From Salinispira sp. (GTDB lineage Bacteria; Spirochaetota; Spirochaetia; DSM-27196; Salinispiraceae): 64,000 nt of DNA. A model generated the notes under the pieces. The model was given only the letters and a program-made list of their open reading frames with translations, had not been told where the DNA came from and did not search any database. This document shows positions 1-10,653 of the stretch, piece after piece (position 1 is the first letter of the stretch; every line of letters begins with the position of its first letter). A program made the translations under genes and the position numbers. The stretch lies in the NCBI GenBank assembly GCA_965602015.1, contig OZ271918.1:928001-992000 (forward strand). Direction: 5' to 3'.

Positions 1-1646
1 GTTTTGATACCAACAATTTCACCGAGGAGAATATTCGGGGCAGGGAAGAGATAACCGAACAGATCTCCGCCCTGCGGGACCTCATCGAATTGGGAAAAGC
101 CTACGGTTTTGATATCTCCGTTCCCGCCGCCGATGCCCGGGAAGCGGTACAATGGACCTATTTTGCCTATCTGGCGGCAATCCGCGACCAGGACGGCGCC
201 GCCATGTCCCTGGGCCGGGTGTCGGATTTCCTGGACATCTATATCGAGCGGGACATCCGCGATGGTGTCCTCAATGAGGCCCAGGCCCAGGAGCTGATCG
301 ATCATTTTGTCATGAAACTGCGCATGGTCCGCTTCCTGAGGACTCCGGCGTACAACGAGCTGTTCTCCGGCGATCCCACCTGGGTTACCGAAGCCCTGGG
401 CGGAATCGGCGTAGATGGGCGTCCCCTGGTAACCAAAACCAGCTTCCGCGTCCTTCATACCCTGGAAAACCTCGGTCCGGCGCCTGAGCCAAACCTCACG
501 GTGCTGTGGACCCCCCGGCTTCCCCAGGGTTTCAAGGATTTCTGCGCCCGCTTATCCATCGAAACTTCGGCAATCCAGTACGAAAACGACTGCACGATGC
601 GCACCTATTTCGGCGATGACTATGCCATCGCCTGCTGCGTCTCGGCAATGAAGGTCGGCAAACAGATGCAGTTTTTCGGCGCTCGGGCAAACCTCGCAAA
701 GGCATTGCTGTATGCGATTAACGGCGGTGTTGACGAGAAAAGCGGCGTGCAGGTCGCCCCGGCATTTTTGCCGATTACCAGCGAGTACCTCGATTACGAC
801 GAGGTGATGGAGCGCTTCGATGCCCTTCTGGAATGGCTCGCCGAGGTGTACATCAAGACCCTCAATGTCATCCACTTCATGCATGATCGCTACAATTACG
901 AAGCGCTGCAGATGGCCCTGCACGACCGGGAAGTTGTGAGAACCATGGCCTGCGGCATCGCCGGCCTGTCGGTGGCCGCGGACTCGCTTTCGGCCATCAA
1001 ACACGCCAGGGTAAAGGTCATCCGCGATGAAAAAGGTCTTGCAGTGGACTATCAGGTCGAAGGCGAGTATCCGGCCTACGGAAACAACGACGACCGGGCC
1101 GACCAGATTGCGGTGAATCTCACCGAAACCTTTATGAAGAAGCTTCAGAAACAGAATACCTACCGAAACGCAATTCCGACCCAGTCCATCCTCACCATTA
1201 CCAGCAATGTGGTGTACGGAAAAAAAACCGGATCGACCCCCGACGGACGCAAAGCCGGGGTTCCCTTCGGCCCCGGAGCCAACCCCATCCACGGCAGGGA
1301 CAAAAACGGTGCACTGGCAAGCTTCGCTTCGGTGGCCAAGCTGCCCTACGAACACGCCAGCGACGGAATCTCGTACACCTTTTCCATCATTCCCGGAGCC
1401 CTGGGCAAAAATGCCGCTGATCAGAAGAAGAACCTCATTTCACTGATGGACGGCTATTTCCTCTCCGGCGGCCACCATGTGAACATCAATGTGATGAACC
1501 GTGACACCTTATTGGACGCCATGGATCACCCGGAGAAGTATCCTCAGCTCACAATCCGGGTGTCGGGATATGCGGTGAATTTCGTAAAACTTACAAGGGA
1601 ACAGCAGGAAGACGTCATCAGCCGGACGTTCCACTCGATGATTTGA
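1..1646 (+). CDS. pflB: Formate C-acetyltransferase (pyruvate formate-lyase), 5' end outside the window
   Basis: Frame is open from position 3 ([21 protein letters not shown]...). Active-site IACCVS and glycyl-radical motif RVSGYAV present. Followed by an activating enzyme. Confidence 0.97.
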   Translation, partial: FDTNNFTEENIRGREEITEQISALRDLIELGKAYGFDISVPAADAREAVQWTYFAYLAAIRDQDGAAMSLGRVSDFLDIYIERDIRDGVLNEAQAQELIDHFVMKLRMVRFLRTPAYNELFSGDPTWVTEALGGIGVDGRPLVTKTSFRVLHTLENLGPAPEPNLTVLWTPRLPQGFKDFCARLSIETSAIQYENDCTMRTYFGDDYAIACCVSAMKVGKQMQFFGARANLAKALLYAINGGVDEKSGVQVAPAFLPITSEYLDYDEVMERFDALLEWLAEVYIKTLNVIHFMHDRYNYEALQMALHDREVVRTMACGIAGLSVAADSLSAIKHARVKVIRDEKGLAVDYQVEGEYPAYGNNDDRADQIAVNLTETFMKKLQKQNTYRNAIPTQSILTITSNVVYGKKTGSTPDGRKAGVPFGPGANPIHGRDKNGALASFASVAKLPYEHASDGISYTFSIIPGALGKNAADQKKNLISLMDGYFLSGGHHVNINVMNRDTLLDAMDHPEKYPQLTIRVSGYAVNFVKLTREQQEDVISRTFHSMI

Positions 1647-1668
1647 GGAGAGAGTACGGAGTTTCATA

Positions 1669-2400
1669 GTGAAAGACATTGAGGGATACATACACTCCTT
1701 CGAAAGCGGCGGAATGGTGGACGGCCCGGGCTTGCGATTCGTCGCATTCCTTCAGGGCTGTCCGCTGCGCTGCCTCTACTGCCACAACCCCGACAGCTGG
1801 AAATTCAAGACCGGCCGGCGGATGACCGCCGGCGAACTGGTCGCCGAAGCAATGAAATATAAAATGTGGATGGACAGCTCCGGAGGCGGCATCACCCTCT
1901 CAGGCGGCGAGGCCCTTTCCCAGGCTGACTTCGCCGAGGCTATTTTCCGGGTCGCCTCTTCACGGGGTATCCACGGATGCCTGGACACCTCGGGTTTTGG
2001 TCCCCTGTCCCGCACCGCCCGGGCCCTTGACGCCGCCGACTTGGTAATCCTGGATATTAAGGCGGCGGACGGCGACCTACACAAACGGCTGACCGGCGTT
2101 GATCTTGATCCGGTCCTGGCCACCCTGAAATACCTCACAGAACAGAAAAAACCGTTGTGGATTCGCCATGTGGTTGCCCCCGGCCTGACCGACCGGCGGG
2201 AAGACCTGGAGAAACTGTTACTGCTGGTAAAGGCCGTTCCCACCCTCCAACGCTTCGAGTTTCTTCCCTTTCACAAACTCGGCGAGCCCAAATGGGCTGA
2301 AGAGGGTTTGAGGTACACTCTATCCCAAACTCCGGTGCCCGAGCCCGTATTCATGGAAGAATTGCGCTCATGGTTCACGTCTGAAGGCCTCCCGCTGTAA
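1669..2400 (+). CDS. pflA: Pyruvate formate-lyase activating enzyme (radical SAM)
   Basis: VDGPGLRF and CPLRCLYCHNPD (CX3CX2C); GAGGAG upstream; directly after pflB. Confidence 0.96.
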   Translation: MKDIEGYIHSFESGGMVDGPGLRFVAFLQGCPLRCLYCHNPDSWKFKTGRRMTAGELVAEAMKYKMWMDSSGGGITLSGGEALSQADFAEAIFRVASSRGIHGCLDTSGFGPLSRTARALDAADLVILDIKAADGDLHKRLTGVDLDPVLATLKYLTEQKKPLWIRHVVAPGLTDRREDLEKLLLLVKAVPTLQRFEFLPFHKLGEPKWAEEGLRYTLSQTPVPEPVFMEELRSWFTSEGLPL

Positions 2401-2567
2401 ATACTTCGAAGACCGGCACTTCACCCCGCATCTCTGGGCCCTCGATGATTTGTGGGATACTTGACGGGGAAATCTCAGATACCTATGCAAATCTCAGGGC
2501 ATACCGTGTAACCCTTTTTCCTTCCCGGCCTTTAATATGAGTAAAACAGTCAGGAATAGGAGGAGAT

Positions 2568-2963
2568 ATGAGGTATCACCTGACAGGCAAAAAAGGGATT
2601 TCTTTTATGGTAATGCTTGTGCTGATAACTGCGAGCTTTGGGCTCATCGCCGAGTCGGAAGACGAGCTGGACATTCGTGAGATTGCCTCGGTCAGACGGG
2701 GAGAGTTCGTTGCGGTTCGGGGGGAGGTTGTGCGTTTCCGTGAGGAGGACGAGTTTCGAATCCGAGATGAAAGTGGCAGGATCGATATTTATATTGGCCA
2801 AGGGAACTTCTCACGTCCGCCGTTTTCCCTGGGAGATACGGTGACGGTCCTCGGATGGGTCGACGATGATATCCTCGATTTTCCCAAGGATATCTATGCT
2901 ACCGAATTGATACTCGCCGACGGAACGGTGCTTGCGGTCAGGTACAACAGGGATTGGGACTGA
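2568..2963 (+). CDS. Exported small OB-fold protein (YgiW/BOF-like)
   Basis: AGGAGG RBS, hydrophobic signal segment, and the pattern V-x-V-RGEVVR...EDEFRIRDESGRI...GDTVTVLG typical of bacterial OB-fold proteins. Confidence 0.6.
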   Translation: MRYHLTGKKGISFMVMLVLITASFGLIAESEDELDIREIASVRRGEFVAVRGEVVRFREEDEFRIRDESGRIDIYIGQGNFSRPPFSLGDTVTVLGWVDDDILDFPKDIYATELILADGTVLAVRYNRDWD

Positions 2964-2964
2964 C

Positions 2965-3486
2965 ATGCGTAAGATTTTTTTGCTGTTCGCATTGCTTTTG
3001 GTACCTGTAATGATGCTGCATTCTGCCGTCGATCCGTCAATAGCGTTTGGGCTCGGGGGTACAGCGGGTTTTGCCGATGAAGATCCGGTCTACGGCGGTT
3101 ACGCATCTCTCATTAGAAGCATGCCCTCCGATTTTATCTGGGGTATCGATATTGACGCTTTATGGTCTACTGAAGACAGCGGGGAATTTATCTCTGCGGC
3201 TCAAACTGTATTTGCCTGGCCGATTGAACAGCTTGTGTCTGCTCCGGAACATGTGGAGCTGTGGATCGGAGGCCGAGCGGGCATTCTTCTGGAATCCGAC
3301 GCTGCGCCATTTCAGAATACCGAGCCGAACACAGGGCAGGGCTCGGTTGAACTCTATCCGACGGCGGGGGTTCTTGTCAGCGCACGGTTAAATCTCAATC
3401 AACAGTTCGGATTCGACGGCCGCGTATCGATAGATACATTATCCGCCACGAGATTGGCCCTCAGCATGGGCTTTTTCATTCGATAA
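2965..3486 (+). CDS. Hypothetical exported protein, possible small beta-barrel
   Basis: ATG 1 nt after the upstream stop; signal peptide MRKIFLLFALLL; alternating beta-strand pattern ending LALSMGFFIR. Confidence 0.55.
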   Translation: MRKIFLLFALLLVPVMMLHSAVDPSIAFGLGGTAGFADEDPVYGGYASLIRSMPSDFIWGIDIDALWSTEDSGEFISAAQTVFAWPIEQLVSAPEHVELWIGGRAGILLESDAAPFQNTEPNTGQGSVELYPTAGVLVSARLNLNQQFGFDGRVSIDTLSATRLALSMGFFIR

Positions 3487-3506
3487 TCGGTCTGACGGTT
3501 TTTGAC

Positions 3507-3520
3507 ATAAAACGTTTTAT
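3507..3520. promoter_or_regulatory. Perfect 14-bp palindrome ATAAAACGTTTTAT, candidate operator
   Basis: Perfect dyad overlapping TTGACA (3502-3507), 53 nt upstream of the 1479-aa gene. The AAAACGTTTT core resembles LacI-family operators. Confidence 0.4.
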
Positions 3521-3573
3521 CTGCAAGGTTTCCGCTATTGCACATATTGTAATGTTCTATTAGAACTTTTGGT

Positions 3574-6500
3574 ATGAAAACACTACTGGCCGGCCTGGAT
3601 GTTGGTTCGACTACCGTAAAAATCGTCGTCCTCCACCCGGATACCCGGGAAATGCTGCACGGCGATTACCGTCGTCACGACGCGAACCAGGCCGGGGTAG
3701 TCAGGGAACTCCTGGAGGAAGCCCACGGCCTTTTCCCGGACAATGATTTCCGCCTGTCGTTCTGCGGGTCGGCGGGCGAGCCCTTTGCCGGGTTGACCGG
3801 CGCCTTCTTTATCCAGGAAGTGGTGGCTAATGCCGTAGCGATTAAGGAACTCCATCCTGAGGTCCGGGTGGCCATCGAACTGGGCGGGCAGGATGCCAAG
3901 GTGGTGTTTTTCCGAATCGACGATATTACCGGTCAGCTGATAGCCAGCGACATGCGGATGAACGGCTCATGCGCCGGGGGCACCGGGGCCTTTGTCGATC
4001 AGATTGCCGAGTTGCTCAGCATCAAAACCGAAGATTTTAACGAACTGGCTGCCCGGGGTAACACGGTGTACGACATTTCCGGGCGATGCGGAGTGTTCGC
4101 AAAAACCGACATCCAGCCTCTGCTCAACCAGGGCGTGGCAAAGTCCGACATCGCCCTATCATGCTTTCATGCGTTGGCCAAGCAGACCATCGGCGGCCTG
4201 GCTCAGGGCATGGAAATCAGCCCTCCGGTCATTTTTGAAGGAGGGCCGCTCACCTTTAATCCGGTGCTCATCCGGGTTTTTGCCGAGCGTTTGAATCTCG
4301 GGGAGCATCAGATCGTCCACACCTCAAGGCCCGAGCTCATTGTCGCCACTGGCGCAGCGCTTTCGAATCAAATAATGTTCGCCGACCGGCCCAACGGCTA
4401 CGGCGGGCGCCGTGCGCTTTCCGCCCTCGCTAAAGCCCGTTCACGCTCGGGTTTTGAGATTCGCAATGACAGCCCCAGGCTGTTTGACAATGCTTCTGAA
4501 GTCGACGCATTTACGAAGCGGTATCCCGGTGATCTGTGGAAGCCCCGCCCCCTGGTTTCCGGTTCGCGGGTGGAGGCATGGCTCGGCATAGACGGCGGTT
4601 CCACCACGACCAAATTCGTCCTCATGGCGGATGACCAAAGCGTCATCGACAAATTCTATGCGAACAACCAAGGAGATCCCCTGGCCGTCTTAAAAAAGAG
4701 CTTAATCGAGCTGCGCGACCGGTATCGGGAATCCGGCGTCGACCTGGTAATAAAAGCCTGCGGAACCACAGGCTATGGCGAGCAATTATTCGCCGCCGCC
4801 CTCAAGGCCGACTTTCACTGCGTTGAGACCGTTGCCCATGCCAAGGCCGCCCAGAGCATTGACCCCGACGCCAGCTTCATCCTGGACATCGGCGGCCAGG
4901 ACATGAAGGCCATCTTTGTCAACAAGGGCATTGTCACCGGTATAGTTCTCAACGAGGCGTGCTCGGCGGGCTGCGGGTCCTTTCTCGAAACCTATGCAAA
5001 AAGCCTGAAAATACCCGTGCAGGACATCGCGTCCCTTGCGTTTGCGGCGGAAAATCCCTCACGTTTAGGCAGCCGTTGTACGGTGTTTATGAACTCATCA
5101 ATCATCACCGAGCAAAAAGCCGGAAAGACTACCGCGGAAATAATGTCCGGACTCTGCCGATCTGTCATAGAAAATGTTTTTACCAAGGTCGTTCGGGTAT
5201 CGAATCTCGAAACCCTGGGGGATCATGTAGTGGTTCAGGGGGGCACCTTTAAAAACGATGCGGTGCTTCGGGCCTTCGAGCAATACCTCGGCAAGACGGT
5301 AAACCGGCCGCCGTTGCCCGGCGAAATGGGAGCAATCGGAGCCGCCATTCTCACCAAAGAGAATTTTGAGCGTCGGATTGCCGCAAACCCGGAGCTAAAA
5401 TCCCGGTTTATCGGACTGGATGACCTGGAATCCTTCACTTGGACCAATGAGAGCGGAGTTATATGCCGTTTTTGCGCAAACAACTGCAACCGCACCGTCG
5501 TGAGCTTCTGTGATGGCTCGAGCTATATTACGGGAAACCGCTGCGAAAAAGGCGAGATTATCGGGGACATCCACGACCCGGGTACCAGGGAGAAACTACA
5601 GGCGGCGATCCGCAGGCAGGGCAGCATCCCCGATACCATGAAGCTCTACCGGGAACTGCTGTTTAAGGATTGGCCGATAGCCGAGGTTAAGCACCGTCAT
5701 CCCCTGATTATCGGGCTTCCCCGGGTGCTTGAGTTTTGGGCTTCCATGCCCTTCTGGACCACGCTTTTCCGGTCCCTTGGAATGACTGTGAAAATCAGCC
5801 GCAAATCAAGTTACGAGATATTTGAACGGGGCCTTCCGAACGTACCCTCCGATACCGCCTGCTTTCCCGCGAAGCTTTCCCACGGTCATATTCTCGACCT
5901 AATCGATCAGGGGGTGGACAGGATCTTTTTTCCCATGATGGCCATAACCCCGGTGGAGCAGCGGCTGACCGAAGACAGCTACACCTGTCCCCTGGTTCAG
6001 GGATACCCGGCGGTTATCGACAAGGCAGATGAACCGGCGACCCGTTACGGCGTACCCTACGACCATCCGATTTTCTTCTGGTATGACGAATCTCATAAGG
6101 AAAAGCAGGTTGTGCGCTACCTGACCGAAACCCTGGGAATTATCCCGTCCCGGGCCCGCCGGGCGTTTGCCGCAGGGCAGAGAGCCATGAGCGGTCTTCG
6201 AAGCGCCATGCACCGAGAAGGCCGGCGCATCCTCAATGAAACCGCCGCCGAGGGCCGGTTTGCGGTGGTGCTCTCCGGACGGCCGTACCACTGCGACGAG
6301 CTGATCAACCACAATCTCTCAAACCTGTTCACCTCTCTGGGATTTCCGGTGCTCACCCTGGAGGCTCTGGAGGGTCTTTCGGATCACGACATTTCGCGAA
6401 GCCGGATGGACGCCTACAACGCCTTTCACACCCGGATGATAGCCGCGGCCTTCGAAGTAGGGAAGAATCCCCATCTCGAGCTGGTGCAAATAGTGAACTT

Positions 6501-8013
6501 CGGCTGCGGTCACGACGCAATAATCAGCGACGAAATGGTCCGCATACTCCGGGAAAAATCAGGAAAAGAAATGCTGGTCCTCAAGCTCGATGAAGGGGAA
6601 AACATCGGGCCGCTCACCATTCGGGTCAAGAGCTTCGTGGAAACCATAAAAAGCCGCAGGCAGGCCCTTGTTGAACGGGAATCCCGGGAGTCAGGCCAAG
6701 GCGACGGCAGGAGCTGGAAACCCCTATCCGATCCGTATCCCGTGCGATTTACCCGCAGTGACAGGAAAAAAACCATACTGGTACCGAATCTGTCTGAAAG
6801 TTTCAGCCGGATAATCGGGGCCGCCATCGAGGTCGACGGCTACCGGGTGATGAACATGCCCCTTGCCGACGCCTCGGCAATCGAACTGGGCAAAAAGCAC
6901 GTGCACAACGACATCTGTTTTCCCGCCCAGGTCAATGTCGGTGAAATCCTGGCTACCCTCAAATCCGGAGCGGTGGATCCCGACAGCGCGGTTGCAGGCA
7001 TCGCGAAAAACTGCAAAGACTGCCGGGCCGGCCACTACATGATGCTTGCCCGCAAAGCCCTCGACGAAGCGGGTTTTCCCCAGGTCCCCATCATCACCAC
7101 CGGCGAGGACAAGAAGCACGCCCATCCGGGGTTTCGCCTGTCACTGGGCTTTCAAGTCAGGATGGTATGGGGTCTGGCAATGGTGGACGCATTGGAATCC
7201 ATGGTGCGGATGATCCGCCCCTACGAGCGGGTTTCGGGAGAAACCGACCGGGCCTGGAAAGAAGCCATCGATCACATATCCGCAGCCTTGGAAAAGCCCG
7301 CAAGGCAGTGCGTTGCATTAATGCGGCGTATCGTGGATCGCTTTAACCGCATTCCATGCGACAGGTCAGAGAGAAAACCCAGAGTCGGAATTCTCGGTGA
7401 GATTCTTTTAAATTTCCACCCCAGTTCGAATTCCAATATCGAAGCCTACCTTGAAAGCCATGGAATGGAGGTGGTCCAGCCGTCCATGACGGACTTCTTC
7501 AGACGCGATTCTTATGCGGCTATAAAAAAGTACAAACGGGATCTGCTTGACGACAGATTTATCCAGCCGCTCATAGCCGGAATTACCGATAAGGTTTTTA
7601 CCCATATCGGCAGGCGAATTGATGAAGTGATGCAGAGCTTCAGGTACTACCGCGGACATTTTGATCTGGACGATCTGACGCGCAATATCAAAGGGCTCAT
7701 TGATGACGTCTACTTGCCGGGAGAGGGATGGCTCATGGCCGGGGAAATAATCGAAATGGCCCGAGACGGGGTGGATAACTTTCTCATCCTCAATCCCTTC
7801 GGCTGCCTGCCGAACCACATTACCGGCAGGGGATTTATCAAACCTTTAAAAAAGCGCCTTCCCCACATTCAGATTTTGAGTCTGGATTTTGATCCCGATA
7901 CGGCCTTCGCCAATATTGAAAACCGACTGCAAATGCTCATAATCACCGCCCGTGAGCTGCATAAGCGACGGGAAGCCGCCGCGCAAAAGACGGCCGAACG
8001 GGCGATGCTTTGA
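3574..8013 (+). CDS. Fused CoA-activase/2-hydroxyacyl-CoA dehydratase-like protein, probable PlsA-type plasmalogen synthase
   Basis: Two BadF/BcrAD ASKHA ATPase domains (GLDVGSTT...ELGGQDAK...CAGGTG; GIDGGSTT...DIGGQDMK...CSAGCG), then dehydratase-like domains (CFPAK, CPLV, NFGCGHD, ICFPA, PFGCLPNH). Confidence 0.8.
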   Translation: MKTLLAGLDVGSTTVKIVVLHPDTREMLHGDYRRHDANQAGVVRELLEEAHGLFPDNDFRLSFCGSAGEPFAGLTGAFFIQEVVANAVAIKELHPEVRVAIELGGQDAKVVFFRIDDITGQLIASDMRMNGSCAGGTGAFVDQIAELLSIKTEDFNELAARGNTVYDISGRCGVFAKTDIQPLLNQGVAKSDIALSCFHALAKQTIGGLAQGMEISPPVIFEGGPLTFNPVLIRVFAERLNLGEHQIVHTSRPELIVATGAALSNQIMFADRPNGYGGRRALSALAKARSRSGFEIRNDSPRLFDNASEVDAFTKRYPGDLWKPRPLVSGSRVEAWLGIDGGSTTTKFVLMADDQSVIDKFYANNQGDPLAVLKKSLIELRDRYRESGVDLVIKACGTTGYGEQLFAAALKADFHCVETVAHAKAAQSIDPDASFILDIGGQDMKAIFVNKGIVTGIVLNEACSAGCGSFLETYAKSLKIPVQDIASLAFAAENPSRLGSRCTVFMNSSIITEQKAGKTTAEIMSGLCRSVIENVFTKVVRVSNLETLGDHVVVQGGTFKNDAVLRAFEQYLGKTVNRPPLPGEMGAIGAAILTKENFERRIAANPELKSRFIGLDDLESFTWTNESGVICRFCANNCNRTVVSFCDGSSYITGNRCEKGEIIGDIHDPGTREKLQAAIRRQGSIPDTMKLYRELLFKDWPIAEVKHRHPLIIGLPRVLEFWASMPFWTTLFRSLGMTVKISRKSSYEIFERGLPNVPSDTACFPAKLSHGHILDLIDQGVDRIFFPMMAITPVEQRLTEDSYTCPLVQGYPAVIDKADEPATRYGVPYDHPIFFWYDESHKEKQVVRYLTETLGIIPSRARRAFAAGQRAMSGLRSAMHREGRRILNETAAEGRFAVVLSGRPYHCDELINHNLSNLFTSLGFPVLTLEALEGLSDHDISRSRMDAYNAFHTRMIAAAFEVGKNPHLELVQIVNFGCGHDAIISDEMVRILREKSGKEMLVLKLDEGENIGPLTIRVKSFVETIKSRRQALVERESRESGQGDGRSWKPLSDPYPVRFTRSDRKKTILVPNLSESFSRIIGAAIEVDGYRVMNMPLADASAIELGKKHVHNDICFPAQVNVGEILATLKSGAVDPDSAVAGIAKNCKDCRAGHYMMLARKALDEAGFPQVPIITTGEDKKHAHPGFRLSLGFQVRMVWGLAMVDALESMVRMIRPYERVSGETDRAWKEAIDHISAALEKPARQCVALMRRIVDRFNRIPCDRSERKPRVGILGEILLNFHPSSNSNIEAYLESHGMEVVQPSMTDFFRRDSYAAIKKYKRDLLDDRFIQPLIAGITDKVFTHIGRRIDEVMQSFRYYRGHFDLDDLTRNIKGLIDDVYLPGEGWLMAGEIIEMARDGVDNFLILNPFGCLPNHITGRGFIKPLKKRLPHIQILSLDFDPDTAFANIENRLQMLIITARELHKRREAAAQKTAERAML

Positions 8014-8053
8014 GCTGTGTTTTCTCCATCCGGAAAAAATGATCAGAGGGCAT

Positions 8054-9256
8054 TCACAAGCCGAAGGGCTCAAGAACCCGCGGGAGCACGCCGTGCATTT
8101 TGCTGATGGCTATTCCGTAATTTGTTATGGGCAGTCCTCGAGTATCAGCTTCGCCCATCCGAGCGAGCATCATCTTGCGGGTAATCATGCAGCCCCCGCA
8201 GTGAATTATGAGTTTGAAATCTTCCAAATCCTCGGGAAAGTCGCCGGCAGCCACCTGAATGTCAAGGGTTTTGCCGCTGTGCTGTTTGAGCCAGCGGGGT
8301 AGTTTAACCCTTCCGATATCATCGCACATGGTCTTGTGTGTGCAGGATTCGGCTATGAGGATTTTGTCGCCGTGCTGCAGGTCATCGATTACTGCTGAGG
8401 CTTGAACGAAGGATTCCAGATCTCCTTTTAATCGGCTGAACAAAATGGAAAAGGTTGTGAGAGGAATCTCCCGGGGTATGCTCGACGCCGCTTTGAGAAC
8501 CGCCTGGCTGTCGGTGATTGCCAGGTCAGGCTTTTGCTTGAGTATGGAGAGGGCCCAGTCAATTTCCTTCTCTTTCACCACCAGGCTCGCGGCGTCGGCG
8601 TCAAGGGTTTCCCGGATGGCCTGAACCTGGGGGAGAATGAGCCTACCCGCCGGAGCCTCCATGTCGATGGGGACCACCATCAAGATTAATTGAAAGTTTC
8701 TCACTAAATCTTCGAGTAAACTCTGTTGGCCGGTTTTCCGCGATTGAAGGATGCCGACCAGGGCATCCGCCGCCTCAGCAAGTCCCTGGCCTCCGTGGTT
8801 GCTCACCTGTATAACCCGTGCTCCCATGCGTGATAGTTCGGCGCTCAGGTTGTCGGCCAGGGCCGCCTCATCGGGAATATCAATAAATGTGAAAATCACA
8901 ACGGGCTTTTCTTTCCCTGAGCGCTCCATCACGAGGCTGCGGAAATCGTCATCAAACAAGCTCGGCCGGCAGATATGTATAAGCAGGTCTCCCGAAGCCA
9001 TGACCCGGCGTGCCCGGTCTACCCGCCTCTGACCAAGCTCGCCGGTATCGTCCAGGCCGGGAGTGTCGACGAAGGTTACCGGCCCGAAGGGTAATAGCTC
9101 CATGTTAATGTATACCGGGTCGCTAGTTGTTCCCGGGGTGTCCGATACTATCGCCCGCGCTTTCCCGCAGATGGAATTAAGAAAGCTCGATTTTCCGCAG
9201 TTGCGTTTTCCCGCCAGAATGATGTGCGGCCGAAGACCTCTTGGTGTTGCAGTCAT
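8054..9256 (-). CDS. hydF: [FeFe]-hydrogenase maturation GTPase HydF
   Basis: GKRNCGKS, GTT, DTPG GTPase motifs; APAGRLILPQVQ; C-terminal CTH...HCGGC cluster motif. Confidence 0.96.
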   Translation of the reverse strand: MTATPRGLRPHIILAGKRNCGKSSFLNSICGKARAIVSDTPGTTSDPVYINMELLPFGPVTFVDTPGLDDTGELGQRRVDRARRVMASGDLLIHICRPSLFDDDFRSLVMERSGKEKPVVIFTFIDIPDEAALADNLSAELSRMGARVIQVSNHGGQGLAEAADALVGILQSRKTGQQSLLEDLVRNFQLILMVVPIDMEAPAGRLILPQVQAIRETLDADAASLVVKEKEIDWALSILKQKPDLAITDSQAVLKAASSIPREIPLTTFSILFSRLKGDLESFVQASAVIDDLQHGDKILIAESCTHKTMCDDIGRVKLPRWLKQHSGKTLDIQVAAGDFPEDLEDFKLIIHCGGCMITRKMMLARMGEADTRGLPITNYGIAISKMHGVLPRVLEPFGL

Positions 9257-10653
9257 GGCTTCGCTCCTTCGAGGGCGGACAGATACTCATCAAGCTTTTT
9301 GCCGTAGCGCCGGCGAAAATCATGGACAACTGCCGGGTCGTAGCCCGCGGAGGTGAGACTGTCACCTGAGAGCAAGGTATCTAAATCCGCTTTGCCGATT
9401 ACATTACTGCCCTCGAGCATGCTGCGCAGAGTCCTTTCCTGTTTACGGCTGTGGGTCATAAGGGCTTCAAGCTTTTTGTACCCGAGAATGGGGAGGAGAC
9501 AGAGGCTCTCTGTGTTGCTGTGCCGGATGTTTTTGTCGCATCGCGTGGCATTCACGGATAGTCGGGATAGAAAATCCTCGAAGCCTGGAATAAAACGGAG
9601 CATAAGCTCAAGACTTTCACAGCAGGTCCAGGCGATCAGGGGCCAAAACGCATTTAACTGCAGTTCGCTTTTTGCTGCCAGCTCGGACAGAATGGCGTCA
9701 TTGTGCCGGATTTTTACGCCGACTTGAACGGCGGCCTCTGCGATTACCGGGTTGTTCTTTCCAGCCATTATGGAAGAGCCTTTGACCAAGGAGGGCAGGG
9801 CGATTTCTCCCACCGGTCCCGATGAAAGGAATCGTATGTCGCCGGCTATTTTCTCCAGATTTTGAGCGATAATACGCAGGGAACTCATAGCCTCGCTGAT
9901 ACCGTCATAGTTCACGGTTGCCTCCATCAGGTCATCGGCTTTGGCGAAGGGAAGGCCGGAGTGCTCATTCAGGACACGGGAGACCGTACGGACATAGTCC
10001 CAGGGTGCGCCGCTGCCTGCGCCGACGGCAGTGCCGCCGAGATTGATCTCCTTTATGCGCTCGCGGCTTTTAAAACAGCGCCAACGGTCCCGGCTTATGG
10101 CCTGGGCCCAGCTTCCGAACAGGCGTCCGGCATCCATAAGCTGGGCATCCTGCAGCTGGGTTCTTCCGTTCATAAGCTGCCCGCTCCATGAACTCTCCTG
10201 ATTCTGGCAACAGGACTGAAGGGAAGCCAGGGCAGATTCAATTTTCTGAAACATGCCGTACAGGTAGAGCCTAAGCGCAGTAGGTAGAACGTCATTGGTA
10301 GACTGATGAAGGTTAACTTCGTCGTAGGGGTCGAGGTCCGTGTTAAGGGCTATGGCCTCGTTGAGATTCATGTTCATGGAGGTCCCCGCGCCGCCCATAA
10401 ACGGGTCAAGCGGAAAGAGCGAGAAAAGCCGTTCTTCATCAAGGATCCTGAGTTCGCTGATTCTGGCGGCAATGAGCTCGAACCGTTCTACGCCTATATA
10501 CCCAAGTCGGCAGTTGGCATCCGCAGCCGCGCCCTTGACGGTCAGCCCTGCGTGTATAAGCTCAAGGGGGAAGCGGTAGGGAGTATAATTGTATAGCCGG
10601 GCCGATATTGCCGTGTGGCTTTCCGGAGGGTACGGGTTATTGCGCAGCATCAT
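9253..10653 (-). CDS. aspA: Aspartate ammonia-lyase-like protein (fumarase/aspartase superfamily)
   Basis: GGAGTSMNMN, QSTND, GRTQLQDA, LGGTAVG, and signature variant GSSIMAGKNNP. Confidence 0.75.
   Translation of the reverse strand: MMLRNNPYPPESHTAISARLYNYTPYRFPLELIHAGLTVKGAAADANCRLGYIGVERFELIAARISELRILDEERLFSLFPLDPFMGGAGTSMNMNLNEAIALNTDLDPYDEVNLHQSTNDVLPTALRLYLYGMFQKIESALASLQSCCQNQESSWSGQLMNGRTQLQDAQLMDAGRLFGSWAQAISRDRWRCFKSRERIKEINLGGTAVGAGSGAPWDYVRTVSRVLNEHSGLPFAKADDLMEATVNYDGISEAMSSLRIIAQNLEKIAGDIRFLSSGPVGEIALPSLVKGSSIMAGKNNPVIAEAAVQVGVKIRHNDAILSELAAKSELQLNAFWPLIAWTCCESLELMLRFIPGFEDFLSRLSVNATRCDKNIRHSNTESLCLLPILGYKKLEALMTHSRKQERTLRSMLEGSNVIGKADLDTLLSGDSLTSAGYDPAVVHDFRRRYGKKLDEYLSALEGAKP

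Noticed and set aside
552..1355. Long antisense ORFs over pflB, and likewise over feoB, hydG and pyrD/pyrK
   Set aside because: Typical shadow ORFs of GC-rich coding sequence; the opposite strand carries the recognisable genes.
2470..2497. Direct repeat AAATCTCAG x2 upstream of the OB-fold gene
   Set aside because: Only two 9-bp copies at 19-bp spacing with no cognate regulator nearby; chance cannot be excluded.
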